Origin: Geosiphon pyriformis uo1
Lineage: Eukaryota > Fungi > Glomeromycota
Reading direction: 5' to 3'
Length of the DNA stretch: 64,000 nucleotides
Assembly (NCBI GenBank): GCA_016748015.1
Contig: JAAOMT010000699.1
Coordinates: forward strand, 1-64,000
This document shows positions 38,879 to 54,259 of this stretch, one piece after another (the stretch's first letter is position 1; each line of letters begins with the position of its first letter). A model generated the notes under the pieces. That model was not told the DNA's origin, did not search any database, and saw nothing but the letters and a program-made list of their open reading frames with translations. The translations under genes were made by a program, and so were the position numbers.

Positions 38879-40363
38879 CTAAATAAATTCCAATTTAGCA
38901 CCAGCATTCATAGTACTCAATTTAATATTTCCACTGCCAGGACGCGCAAGGCCCTTGGTTCCAGTTTTAACACTACGACTAAAGTTATCAAATTTTACAT
39001 CGTTCAATTCACTAACACTTGTCGGACCCCAAGAGGTCTCGAGTTGAAATCGTCCCGCATACACTTTTGACTAAGGAGAAAGAATTATTAATGATGGAAC
39101 ACGAATTGAAGATATAAATGAAGATGTTAAAAATTTACCAAAGTTAAAGCCACCGCCCCGTTAGTAGAACCTAATCTAGCATCAATATTTTCGTTTTCTT
39201 TCAAATGGCCTTGAATATTAATCGATCCGTTGGTTGTTTCAGCAAGAAAATTGGTAGAAAATCGATAGAAGCCTTTGATGCTACCATTAACACTTTTAAG
39301 TTCAATATTTGATAGTTGAGATGACGATGTGATACTGGAATCGATACCGCCGTTAGAAGTCTCTGCAATAAAATTTGCCAATGGTTGATATGTCCCAGTA
39401 ATACTCCCATTGGTAGATTGCAAAATAACATTTGTAGACTTCAGAAGCTATTGATATGAATTCGAACAAATATTAAATTTTCAATTATGTATTACATCTA
39501 ACCCAATAAAAACGCCATTTTAAAACAGAGATAATAACCCTTGAATCAATACTCCCATTTGTAGTTTGAATGTTATATCGATCAAAGAACAAAGTAGGCA
39601 AGGCAAGTGCTTCAACGCTTGTATTTGTAGCAACAACGGTAAAGCTCTCAAGACTTTTGAGACTGTGTGGAAAAATCACTTCGGTTTCATGTTTGACCTT
39701 GGCATAGTGTATAGGGCCCTACGTCACGAACAGCAGGATTAGAATTTTTATTTTTGGGAAATAAAAAGTATGTCAGATAAAATTTAGTTTTTACTTCGAT
39801 TAAGAGGGTCAATTGGTTCTCGGAATATGTAGGCGTGATTTTAACTTTGATGTGGTCGTCTGTGACATAGATTTTATTTATTATTTGGCAAAGAGTTGTG
39901 TCCGGATTGTTCGCTCGTAACAAAGTGATTGTGCCATGCTATTCAAACATAAAACATCCAATTTTTAGAAACCACTCTTTTAAATGCTTTATGATATACT
40001 CAAAACTATCGAGATGACATTCAGACAGACACCGGGTTCGCTTCTGTTGGAATCACCATACCAAATGTCCTGTAACTTTGATAGATATATTGTTATATTT
40101 TTCCGGGTCAAATTCAATTTTGTCATTTTCTACGTCCATGTGTTTGAGTTCACACATTCCTACACCTTTGACAAGATTCTTAACGTTCTGAATAAAACTC
40201 ATAACAAAAGCTTACAATAACAGGTTAATTATGGAATTTTTAAAAGCAACACTTGATACTTATCCTTTGGATTTTTATAGTTTTACTGGGAAATTTCTAT
40301 TTTTGTAGCAGGGATAGCGTCATATTGGCGAATTTTGTAGAATGATATCAATGATGATGTCAT
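38879..40363 (-). CDS. DUF4097/adhesin-like beta-strand repeat protein (5' end uncertain)
   Basis: Repeated TTNGSI/STNGSI/TSNGGI/SVNGSI/STNGAV units across spliced exons. Confidence 0.65.
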
Positions 40364-40464
40364 TTGTAATTATTACTAATAATATAACGCTTTTGATTGT
40401 AATTATTTCGTCATCATATTTTTTACCATTCAATGTTTTAAATAGAATAATTAATTACAAAAAA

Positions 40465-40695
40465 AGTGTGGTCAGATAGGATGGGAGAACGGATTGTGTC
40501 TTTGACACGAGTCCGGGAGCCGGGTCTCTGCCAAGTGAATTTACTTTTTTCAGGACATCTGAGTTTTTTGCTATGGTAAGAGAACAAGTGGCTGGAATTA
40601 CTTCTTGTGCATAGTGTTGCCTTGATCAGCTCGGGTAGCTGGTTGCGTCTATTATAGCGACAGGACTTACTGTGTGGTGCAAAAATAAAAATAAA
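40465..40695 (+). mobile_element. Short retroposed fragment ending in a variant of the LINE 3' hairpin and an A-rich tail
   Basis: tagtgttgccttgatcagctcgggtagctggttg resembles the LINE 3' UTR start (tagtgttgttctgatcagcttgaatggctggtca). Followed by caaaaataaaaataaa. Retains CpGs. Confidence 0.5.
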
Positions 40696-40699
40696 TTAA

Positions 40700-41187
40700 C
40701 AATTCATTGCTGTAAGTTTAATGTTCTTCATGGGGACAATTTCTCTGTTTTGAATTCAATTATCTGTTTTTGCTGTGGGATCCATTATGGAGGATATTTT
40801 GAAGAAAAACCATAAATTGTGGCTAGTTTTGCAAAATATGTGATTCAGTAAATTAACATCGATTAAAGAATAGTTTGTTGAAAATCAAAATGTGTGGCCA
40901 TTTTATCAAGTTTTTTGGAAGCATTTACAATGGTCAAATTAACAGATTTTGGGCTTTTGAATGAATATGATGTGCATAATAAGTTAGATCAAAATGAGAT
41001 TTTTTCTTTATTGCTTTAAAGAATTTTTTATGATTTTTTTTTATGTGAAATAAAAAGACATGAGCATTTGTGTGGTTATTAAATTAATATCAAGTTTGTA
41101 GCCAAGTTTAATAAGATAAAAAACCAAACTGAATTGATTTTTTTTTAACAATTAGTGTTTTTGTAAATAACACAATTTGAATTAGAA
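40700..41187 (+). mobile_element. Eroded LINE RT fragment
   Basis: Encodes CCKFNVLHGDNFSVL, KLWLVLQNM, LDQNEIFS and FVNNTI, matching ORF2 at ~24340-24850. Confidence 0.85.
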
Positions 41188-41249
41188 GCTTCGGAGTATC
41201 TTCCCATCCTTCTCTTTTTACGCTGAGCAATCAATTTTTCTCTCGTATA

Positions 41250-41850
41250 ATGGACACACAACTGTATAATTCTCACTACAATCCAATATGTATCTCTCCC
41301 ATTCTCATCGTATACATCACTCGCAAAATATGACGATTATAACACCCTTGAAGAAATGGTTCGAGAATCCAATCTGGACTAAAATTGAATCCAGTTATTC
41401 TAGAGTATAAAGTTATTAAATCAAATAGGTCTAAATCCTTAAATTCGATATAATCACATAATCTCGAAAAACACTATAAATTACTTAATAGTTAAATATG
41501 GTCTATACAGATAAATGCCAGTAATTCGTAATGGAGAAACACCATCTGATTGGAAAACTATAGAAACAATAATCACCTGATTGATAGTATGAAACGGTAC
41601 ATTGTTGCTAGAAAGATGAAATATTTATGGGAAGGTGATCTTGGTCATGGTGTTGAAGTGAATATAGCAATATGTTATAGCTGTGATTAATTTGTTTATG
41701 TCGATAAAAGAGTAGGATATGAATTATATCACAATTATAAGATAGAGGAACATTGGCATACAAATTGTACCGGAAATAGATATTGTGATGTAAGTTTCAA
41801 AGAGTATATGGCGCTTAAACAAAAACCAGAAGCCGAACAAACTTCATTTT
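41250..41850 (+). pseudogene. Degenerate intronless coding fragment of unknown family with a Cys/His cluster
   Basis: Reads MPVIRNGETPSDWKTIETIIT*LDSMKRYIVARKMKYLWEGDLGHGVEVNIAICYSCD*FVYVDK...EEHWHTNCTGNRYC. Confidence 0.45.
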
Positions 41851-42025
41851 TAAATTACACACACATACATACTTTATAAAATCTTTATTTCATGTTCTCT
41901 ATATAAGGTGCTGATAGAGTTTCATTTGTGAGGTAATTATTATTGCATTACTCTATTTTTTTCTTGCTCGTTTAGACTGTTTCACTGGCTGAATTACTTG
42001 CAAAAAGAAATTGGGCTATACGATC

Positions 42026-42480
42026 TTAAATTAGTAGTTTCCATTTTGTTGCTGCCAAGGTAGCAAATTGTATCCATCGATTAACAATTGGTGATTCAGG
42101 AGCACCAGATTTCAGCATTATCGCTATATAATGATTATTGTTAACAAAAGCCATTGCAAGAGCTTTATTTCGGTTCAATGGGTGATGATGCAGAAGGAAG
42201 GTAAGATTTGTTTGTAGTGAGAAAAAGTGTAGTGGTCTTTGGTAGGTGTTTGCTATAACATCTCCTATCAGTGGCATTCTCATCCAGTATTTAAACGTGC
42301 ACCCAAGAAATCTCTCTCATAATCACTTCATAATCATCATTGACTAGAAATAATGATTGGTAGAATTGCTTCCTTTTATTTAATTCTTTCCACAATTCTT
42401 TTTTTACTTTTGGTTATTTGCTTTCATTCCTTCCTAAACACAATTGTCATCGTCATTCACATTTATTATCTCTTTTATAT
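42026..42480 (-). pseudogene. OTU-like cysteine protease domain remnant typical of Mutator (MULE) transposons
   Basis: EIINVNDDDNC (decayed V.GDGNC), WMRMPLIGDVIANTYQRPLHFFS...AFVNNNHY. Confidence 0.65.
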
Positions 42481-42809
42481 ATTTATTTCTTTTTTTTGAA
42501 TAATAAAATAAAATAAAATTTTTGTAATTGAAAAAATATTAAAAATATTGATAAATTATATATAAAATAATAAATAGTAATAATTTAGTTTTTTTATTAA
42601 TAATAAAATTTTTAATGAATTAATAACTTTTTAAAAGTCATAAAATTTTATTATTCAGTTTAATATTAATAAAACCATTATATAATTAATTAATATAATT
42701 ATTAAAAGCAATAATTTAATTGTAATTATAAATAAAATATTTGTTTTAAATATGTTGTTTAAAAATTACAAATTTAATTAAAAGTTTTATTATTAAACAT
42801 AAAAAAATG

Positions 42810-43940
42810 TTTGTCTGAATTTTCAGAATTGGTGGTGAGTTAAACACTAACACATTACAAAGATTATTCATAGTAAAAATTTACATGTTAAATAGCACAA
42901 GGTGAAGAGTTACTCAAGAGTTCTGGACAATAAACAAGCTGATGTTCTTACTAATACTGCATTTGTCTCTAATTGGTATCTCTCTCTCTGTAAAAAAAAG
43001 TGTTACATTTTGGTGGACAGTAGTGTGGTTTCTGGTAATTTTAGACATTTTGTTTGTAAGATTTTTTGGTCTGTTTACCATGCATATTGGAAAGTTGGTT
43101 CTGGTTTTAAAGTCCTGTCTAATAGTTTACTCTTAGATATTGACTAGATTAGTTCATTTTCAGTGTGGCATCTTAACTTACACATGGCTGCTGGTTTCAT
43201 TAGTAAACTCTCTGCTAATGTTTGCACTTATTTTATGAAGACTTTATATCATCAGCTGCTCATTGCTATTTAAAAGCATTTATATGACAAATGCTATTTT
43301 AGTGTATTATATTTGTACTGTGATAATATTGAAGTTTCAAACCATGTTTTTTTTTGTGTAATTAATGAATCTATTTATCACTAATTATTAGAGGTTTATA
43401 TGGCTACATGAAAGAAACTTTTTGGTGTTTTTTGTTCTACTTTATGTGTATTTCAGCTGTTATTGTTATGTGCTTCTAATGTTGCAATATGTATGGCTTT
43501 TTATAAAGGCTTTATTTTTAATGGTTGGTGTCAAGAGGCTGTTTTCATCCTTAAGGATTCCAAGATTGCTAGTAGTATGGTTATGAACTTTGTGTAAGAT
43601 TTCTGTTTAGCTTTTAGAAATAAAATTTGGTTGGTCTATACTAAATATTAAGTTTTTATGAAAAAGAATGAGCTGATCCCACATAATGGTTTAGCTTCTA
43701 TTTCAGTTTTTGAAATGTTTTTGGTGCTTTCTTCTGGTATGGTTAAATTGCTCAGTATTATTGAGGCATTCAGTATTTATTTTGGAATGCATAAGTTTTT
43801 TAGTTTGTATAGACACATAGTGTTGTTCTGATCAGCTTGAATGGCTGGTCACGTGTGGAAAAGCATGATTCATACCTAGTTTAGATCATTTATATGATGT
43901 ATTGTACTAGGCAGTATTTAGACCTTACTCATAAAACTAA
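42810..43940 (+). mobile_element. Eroded LINE 3' fragment (RNase H end, Zn finger, 3' UTR, poly(A))
   Basis: KVKSYSRVLDNKQAD, VVSGNFRHFV and LHMAAGF match 26270-27200. 3' UTR at 43818-43925. Confidence 0.9.
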
Positions 43941-44288
43941 TAAAAAATAAATAAAAAAATGTTAAAAAAAAGTTTTATATTGCAATTAATTCTTTTGGTT
44001 AATTAAGATTTTAATAATTTAATTAAAAAATGTGGTATTAAACTGGATTATTTAAGTTTTAAAAAAACAACACATATAATTTTTGAATATAGTTTTTGGT
44101 TTGACTGGTTAGTATAAAATATGTTAACATATATTCATTTTTTTAGTTATTAAGAATTCTTTATAAAGCAAAAAATTGATTGGCTGTAGATCCCAAGTAT
44201 AAATTAATTCAAAGTTCTCACTAATTTGTCACTTCTTTTTTTTTTTGTGATTCTTTTATAGGTCTTTGACGAATCCATCCATTTAAAT

Positions 44289-45206
44289 ATGAGGTAAATT
44301 CTTGATCTTCTTTTCAATAAGTATTTTACAAGGTCAGTAACATGGACAAATTCTTAACAGCAAAGTTCAAGTACCAGCCGTGAGAGAGTCTATCAGAACT
44401 GTTTTGACTGAATCAGCAGCTAAACATCGTAAGTTTAGAGAAACAGTTGAACTGCAAATTGGCTTAAAAAACTATGATCCTCAACGAGACAAGCGGTTCA
44501 GTGGGACCGTAAAGTAAGTTTGTTTGATTTTTGACTAAAAATTTTTCAAGGTGCAATTAAAAAATTAAAAAACCATCATCTTTTGTGGAAATTTACAAAT
44601 ATCCGAATTCTTAATAATTTAGCGGGTTTTTCTATATTATTTTTCAGACTTCCCAATCTTCCTCGGCCCAAAATGTCTGTCGCTGTCTTAGGGGACGCTC
44701 ATGACTGTGATCGTGCCAAAGAAGCTGGGCTTGAATTTATGTCTGTGGAAGATCTAAAGAAGCTTAATAAGAATAAAAAACTTATTAAAAAGCTGGCCAA
44801 AAAATACGATGCATTTTTGGCATCTGAATCGTTGATTAAGCAGATTCCCAGGCTCTTGGGTCCTGGTTTGCACAAAGGTACTGTGATGGGAATTTCTGAT
44901 TTCTTTCTTCGAATCATAGCTTTAATTAGATTTTACCATCCAGCCGGTAAATTCCCCACACCGATCACTCATAATGATGACCTGAATGCCAAGGCCGATG
45001 AAATTCGATCCACTATCAAATTTCAACTGAAAAAAGTATTGTGTCTTGACGTGGCAGTTGGACATGTTGAAATGAGTGAGGATGAATTGGTTGCTAATAT
45101 CATGTTGAGTATCAATTTCTTGGTCTCATTGCTCAAAAAAAATTGGCAAAATGTCAAGTGTTTGTATATCAAGTCTACTATGGGCAAGTCAGAGCGCCTT
45201 TACTAA
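44289..45206 (+). CDS. RPL1: 60S ribosomal protein uL1 (L1/L10a), 4 exons
   Basis: MS|KVQ...[25 protein letters not shown]|LP...[24 protein letters not shown]...LLKKNWQNV. Confidence 0.97.
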
Positions 45207-45613
45207 GTTTGGTTGCCTTTGAGAAAAAAAATTAGTAGTTTTACTCAACGCAAAGATCATTTACATAGCCTTAAAGCCAGAAGTTTCTCATTTCCCTGCT
45301 CACAAAAGATATATTACCAAATTTATCAACATTTTAAATTACAGAAACAATGAGCGATATCTATTGGGAGCTAAAACTTGCTCACCCTGGATGGATACAG
45401 TAATAAATTTCTGAATCGAGACTTGAAAATTTTCATATTACATATAATTTAAATGAAAATAACTGATATTAAACTAGGAAAAATTAAAATTTCGAAAGCT
45501 TTGCAGCCATCCTTCGATTCAGCATATTAATCATACACTTGAGTTTTGAATTTATCATTTTTTGTCTTGAAAAAGTTTTACGGACCGTAAAAAATAGATA
45601 ATTGCTGGAAATT

Positions 45614-47578
<1,965 letters not shown>

Positions 47579-47843
47579 AATATAGGAAAAATTAGTTGTC
47601 AATGTGGATAAATATGGGAATTTTGAGAGCTTAAGCCACTTCCTGGAGAAATAAGTTGGATAAAAATTTTACTATTTCCATCCTTGGTTAGAGGTTATTC
47701 AAAATCTTTTGAACAAAGTGCGACTAATTATTTTTCTCATTGGCAATTTCTTCGGCCTTGAAAACCCTTCTTTAAATTTTTTTTTCTGTTACAAAGTGGC
47801 AACTAACATAGCCAAAACAGTTCTGCGTTCTTCGCGAAGCAGC

Positions 47844-49752
47844 ATGCAAGGCACCTCATGGAATTCATCTAAACAAAAGATAATTTCCCAAGCAGCGTCG
47901 ATACAGTTTCCGACAATTCTTAAAACCAGCTCATCACGAAAGTACAAGAACGATCTTTCCCTAATTCAAAATCTAACTTTGTCACAAATTCCAAGAATTC
48001 AAGAAAACCCGCCGGTCTTTCAGCTTGCTACCAATACAATCAGTAATAATGTTAAAATAAGGAGTCTTATTTATGAATTCAAATGGAGCTTTCGTTAACT
48101 AGAACTCTATTTGTCTCTTGATACGCTTCTCGAATAGTCGATCAATGCTTTGATGTTATTATCCAGGCTCCCTCATGGCCGTTCGAATATGTAGGCTTCG
48201 ACACTGAGACCACTATATTTCGGCCTAATAACCCTCGAATGGTCTCAATGATACAAATAGCGACACGTGAATTATGCCTTATTTTTCAGGTTTACCGAGT
48301 TAGCGAAGGAGATAAAAAAAAGTTTCCATGTGCATTAGCCGATTTCCTCAATAATCCTGCAATTCTGAAAGTTGGGGTTAATGCTAGTGGGGACGCGGAT
48401 TGGTTGAAAGAATCCTATGGTATCACATGCAGAGGTATCGTTAACCTTGAGGATATTGCGAAAAAGAAAGGGATTCAAGCAAAGTCACTCTCTGAACTGA
48501 CATTGATGTTTGCTGATCCCGGATTGGTTCTGGAAAAAACAAAAAGCAAATTACGAAAATGGAATTTCGATGCTTTCACACTGGACAAAAAATTAGTTCA
48601 ATACGCAGCAGCAGATGCATTCGCTGGTTTCCAAATATATTCCAATATGTTGGAAGGTAAAAGAAATCCCGATTACAAGACATGGGCTCAAAGATTTCCT
48701 ATGACAAGGGAAGATGAGGAAGAGGAAATATACACGTTAATTTCAAAAAATCACAAAAAAGATAAGGTGATTTGTTTAGAAGATTAATTGTAAAATTCTT
48801 GAGTTCTTTTGATTTTTGATTATATTTTGACAAATATTATTTTACAAATTAGCCGATTGAAATAGAAAAATTGATAAATTTCCTTCAATTCGGTTATGGT
48901 CGTTGGGGAAAGACAATACCAAATGCTGAGATTCGCCGTAAAGAAGCGATCACGACAATATTAAAATATATTTCTCAAAATCGCATTATCCATGTTCAAT
49001 CAACTGAAATTCAAAAGAAAAATGACGATATGGAAAATGAATCAATCAAATTTGATGAGAACACCAAACAATTCCCACCAAGAATGTGCATCAAGCTGCC
49101 TGGTATCTCATTGGAAACTTTAATCGCTTCCAAGAATGCTATTTCTTTCTTCGAGCAAAAAGGACTATCGGAAGAAAATCGGTCGTTTTTGAAGGAAATA
49201 ATGAAATTTATGGAAAAGCCAATGCGTCGCAAAAACCTGGTACAAAATTACAAAAACAGTGGTGCCAAACAATATAGTGGCAAAGATGATGTATTTATTG
49301 GTAAAAAGCTTGAGCAGTTGCTGGCAAAAGGTGCGTTTATCTCTACTCAAAATGATAAAGGAACAATTCAATTTAATCCAGTCTGGGAGAAGATGCTCGA
49401 ACAGTCTTATAACGATGGCCAGGTTCCACAAAAAGGTGAAATTGAAATATTAGAGGATCAATTAAAAGCTCTCCAGCAACAATTGTTAAAATATGATCAA
49501 GACATAAGTCGGTTGCTCGCAGAGACCGACTCAAAACGAGCTTCTCGCGTTGATTGTCACAATGAATTGAATCAATTGCAAGAAAAATTAAATCAATTAC
49601 GCATAGCTTCCCAAAAACTCTCACCCTCTAGTAATAAAGTACTCAATATCGATCAGCATGGCCGAACTAACAATACACCGATTAGCTATAATAACCTAAT
49701 CGTCGAAGGCAGTAATTTACGTACTACATATTTTTCCTCAAATTCCCTCTGA
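47844..49752 (+). CDS. DEDDy 3'-5' exonuclease (WRN-exo/EXD2-like) with C-terminal coiled coil; start uncertain
   Basis: ExoI YVGFDTET, IQIAT, ExoII KVGVNASGD, SLSEL, ExoIII YAAADA. Introns ~48043-48102 and 48767-48852. Confidence 0.8.
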
Positions 49753-49919
49753 TTGTTATTTGTTTTTGGCAAGTACTCAATTTTTTTAATAATTAAGTTT
49801 AGACTTTAAATTTTCTAGTTTACGAAAACATAACTTTTGAAGATAATTATTGATGTACTAAAATATTTTAAATTTTTGAAAGTTTGTGATTAAACACTTA
49901 AAAATTCTTTAAATTCACT

Positions 49920-52066
49920 TCAGTTACTATGAATTTCAACTAAGAGCTGTGTAGGCCTATTTTCTACGTTGAAGTTTCGCCAAAGTCTGATTAATACGCT
50001 TATAAGCGGTCGGTAATTTCGTTGTCTATTAAAATTGATTGCAACGCTATGAATAGGTATTATGATCGGAAAACCTAAGAAAACAAATGTAAATACCCCT
50101 TTAGATTTTCCACTGAAAACAATTGGGTTTTTGATGATGGGAACAACTTCGACATCACGAGCAATGATTTGAGGTCTACGAGCATGCATTCGAGATACAG
50201 AGGCTTCTGCCTTTTGCTGCAGCTCGATTTCACTATAAAATATCAAAAATATCAAAATATTAACCATTTAGAAGAAAAACTAGTTATATCAAAAGTTGAC
50301 TTACTGCATAAGAGCATTAGGATCATATCTGGCCCTATTGAGAACATTTAATGAGGTATTGATTAATTTATCATAAATTATAAGACTTGGATTATGCAAA
50401 CCTATATTCCTCAGGATCATATTCTATAGTCTTCATAGGTCTGTTCCTATAGTCTGCTGACTTGTTGAGTATCATCCGAGCCCATTTATTGTGTAGCTCT
50501 TCCGCTTGACGACGAATCCTTTCGGAAAGACGCGGGCATATGACGTAAAATCGCACTACTTTACCAATATGGCTAATTCGCAATTGATCAAGAGTTGCAG
50601 GTAGCTTTGAAAAAAGGTTTTTAATTTTTCTTGATTAATTGTCGTTAAGATTAAAATTTATACAATTGATAGGTGAAGAATTACGCGATCCAATGCAGAG
50701 AGCATTGATTCCTGTATTTCAACGGGAGGTAAAGAACGGTCGGGAAGAGGTTCCATCCACGCTCTAATAGCTTCCATAATATTGTTTTCTAAAAGCGTCT
50801 CACTTAAATAGCTCCTAAAAGCAAATATACATTAATATGCTTCTTTAAAGTACCAAAAACACAGAAAAATGCCCGATTACTTGGTGAGGACAGTATTGGC
50901 ACTTTCAAGAAATTCCATTTTCGAAAAAGCGGGTTGCTTTGCTTTGGACCTGTCAATATCTTGGTCAGCACATTGTATCATTTTAGCATAAAGTCTAGCT
51001 GCTAACTCATCGTTGTATTGGTCAAGGTCCTAAAAAAAAACTATTTATCTTTAAGCAGGTAAATGAATACATTATTGAAAATGTAACTAAGCTAGAACTC
51101 ACAATATCCTTTCTCTTTCTCTTGCGTGATGAGCTAGTCTTTAATATCTCGTCAAAATGTTGATCAACCATTCGTCTAATGGCTGGCAAAGAGGTGAAAA
51201 TACGTATTAAATGTATAATGAGCCCTTAAAAAATTCTGATGATTTTCTAATGAGGAAAATTAACATATTAGTTCGTAAATACACACATTCCAGTGGTGTC
51301 ATTTCCTTAGACTTTGATGTTTCTTTTTCTTCATCCTCATCTTCTTCATTCTCCTGACGAGATTTTGCAGGCGATCTTTTACTTTTCATTCTTTTCCCGC
51401 TTCTAAGTGACATAAATATTAATCTTTGATATAAGATAGCATGCTAGGGTAATAAATTGAATTATGGCTAACCTGCGCTTTAATTGCTTTTCGCTTTGTA
51501 ATTCCTCTGCTTCTTGCTCTTTGCCTTTTTCGTTGGTCTCTTCGTCTGAATCAACTACATATTTGTCGGATATTTCATTGTTGATGGTCTTCCTCTTTTT
51601 AAATTTAGGCAAGGCGGGAGTCTTTGGAGGTTTCAAGTGCTCCTCTTCGGTATAATTATCGTATTTATCTTCGATTGGCTTCTTAGATTTGGATTTAACC
51701 GGAGGTTTCTTGGATTTTTGCTTTGTATCATCTTCAAGAGCAATTATTGTTTAGTGAGGATAAACTTTGCTTACCAAATAGAAAAAAAGTCAATTGATCA
51801 CCTTCATCGCTGAAGTCAACGTTTTCTAGATCTGAAAGATCATCGTCGTCACTAGCCCCAAATACTTCTTTATATTGTTCCGGATCTATTTGTTCGTCTT
51901 GTTCTGCCTGTTAAGAACAGTTACAATTGAGGAATCAACCATAATGTCTCAAGAAATAATACAAAATTAAGAGAAATTCATTGACCATTTTTTCAATTAT
52001 GGTGTCTTCACTACCATCCGACATAGTGAAAGAGGACACCGAATCAGAACGTAATTTATTTGCCAT
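49920..52066 (-). CDS. SPN1: Spn1/IWS1-like transcription elongation factor (TFIIS N-terminal-like domain)
   Basis: Acidic/basic N-terminus. LLENNIMEAIRAWMEPLPDRSLPPVEIQESMLSALDRLP...LRISHIGKVVRFY...AEELHNKWARMIL..SADYR mirrors the Spn1 core. Confidence 0.8.
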
Positions 52067-52731
52067 TTAAAAAGCTTCCAAGTTTTAAAAAGGGGTTGCT
52101 AAGCGAAAAAGAATTTCAAAGTTTTGTACTATGCTTTTGTGAGAGCCAGTTCAAGATTTGAATATAAAGAACAATTATCCAAGTTTCAAATAATTTCTCA
52201 TTTTTGCCTAGTTTGTATATTATACAAATTGTCAGGTTGAAACAAAAATTGTGAAAAATAAATAATTTAGAATAAAAAACTAAAAAATATATTATTATTA
52301 TTAACCCTCGAAAATAAGAAACTTTTAGTTTTAGAAAAAAAGTTATAAAATAATGATTATTTATTATTTATCAATATTAAAAAATATATATATCATTTTA
52401 TTATTATTATTAATTATTAATTCGTTAAAAGGCATCTGAAGTAATAAAATAAGAATTTCTTTTTCGGGTCATATACGGTATATAAATTATAAATAATTTT
52501 TTTTTTAAGTATAAACTTTTGAAAAAAAAATTGTTTTAATTTATAAACTATTATTTAAAACTTAACAAAACAAAAAAAAATAACAATGAAAAAATTGAGT
52601 TATAATTTTAATAAAATTAAACATTTAGTTTATATTACAAAAACAATTTTCAATTAAAAAATATATAATTAAATTAAAAACTGAAACTTATTATCATTTT
52701 CTGTTAAATATAATATAGTTTTTTGTTGTTT

Positions 52732-52891
52732 ACATGTATATTCTATATATATATATATATTATAATAAATATAAATTATGTACTTTTATAGATATAATTA
52801 ACTACTTGAACCAAATAAACATGTATATTCTATATATATATATTTATAAATATAAATTATGTACTTTTATAGATATAATTAACTACTTGAA
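52732..52891. repeat. Near-perfect ~75-bp direct duplication containing (TA)n
   Basis: acatgtatattc(ta)n...gtacttttatagatataattaactacttgaa at 52732-52810 and 52819-52891. Confidence 0.85.
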
Positions 52892-54259
52892 TAATTAACA
52901 ATATTTATTAATATAAATATTACCAAAACCAAGTTTTAAACTTGGGTTTTAAATAAAATAATTAATTAACAACTTGGATATATGAAACAAGATTAATTTA
53001 TGATAATTGCGTTGTACGAAAATTATTATTTTGTGTTGAGCAAATAAAAAAATTAATTAAAATTTGATTTAAAAATCATTAGAAAAATATTTTTTAATTT
53101 TTATTATCAATTAAAATACATTATTATTTACATTTTAACATTAATTATTTAATTATTATTTAGCCAATTAATAAATTAATTTATAAATGCAATTTAAATA
53201 ATTTTTTAAAATTTTCAATACTGTTCAAACAAAAATTTTTCAAACCTATTTTTTTTTGTTTAATTACTAAATAGTTAATATTTAATATGTAATTTTTTTA
53301 CTTTGTTTTAAAATGATATTTTTTAATTTTAATTACAAAACTTTATTAATACAAGGTTTATTTATATTATTTATATAAATATATAAATATATTTTAATAT
53401 TACTGAAAAAAACATTATGATAACTTTTGTTTATTACTATTTGAATATTTTAAAGCTTCATTAAGCTAAAAATTTTTGTTGTTAATATTGGTAATATTTT
53501 TTGTAATATTTTTTTGTTTAAAAAATGTCAAAAAAATAATTAAAAAAAAACCCCTTAATATAAGATTATTATATTATTTATTATAATAATTACAGAATAT
53601 AATTAATTATTAAAATTTAATAAACAATATGTTTTAATTTATTATATATCATACATTAGATATAGATCACGCAACAAACTACACATCAACAAATTTCCTA
53701 TTTGTTACCGTATCTAACTGAAAACCTATCAATACTAGCCACCCTCTGTAGTGAATTATGGAACACCCATAGTGCACAAGTGATCCAGCCAAATGCACCA
53801 TTTTATTAACATATATCGGAACATCTTAGCCTTTAATTTTATATCTTACCACTTCCTTAATGTTGGCATAGTATTTTGTTCTCAAAATCCAAATCCTTTC
53901 ACGATTCAAAGAAACAAAATATTTAACCAAGTGTATAATTTTTCATTGCCAGATTTATCAGCACCAGGCCCATTTTCAGGACATCCATGATTCCAAATAT
54001 AACATACACAGAAAATTATTTGTAAATAGCTTATTGAAAAAAAAACTCAACCAAAAAAGTTTATTTTTTTTCATATTTAAAAAAGTGGTTTTAAGCAAAG
54101 TTATTATAATTATTTGTTTTATGATTATTATTTTATTTTTAATGAGGAATCGAGTCCCTGATACCATGTGATTTTTCTATGCCAATGGCATGTAAATCTT
54201 GTATCTTGTGACTGTTGATTATATATGCACTATTTTCAAAAATTACAATGTTCTTTAAA

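Noticed and set aside
52732-52950. Functional repeat or Helitron end (direct duplication plus AAAACCAAGTTTTAAACTTGGGTTTT hairpin)
   Set aside because: No CTRR terminus at the expected distance and no Rep/helicase relic; the duplication around (TA)n may be slippage or an assembly artefact.
53700-54005. Mollicutes-derived insert using TGA=Trp
   Set aside because: TAA stops occur in the same frame and there is no recognisable bacterial homology.
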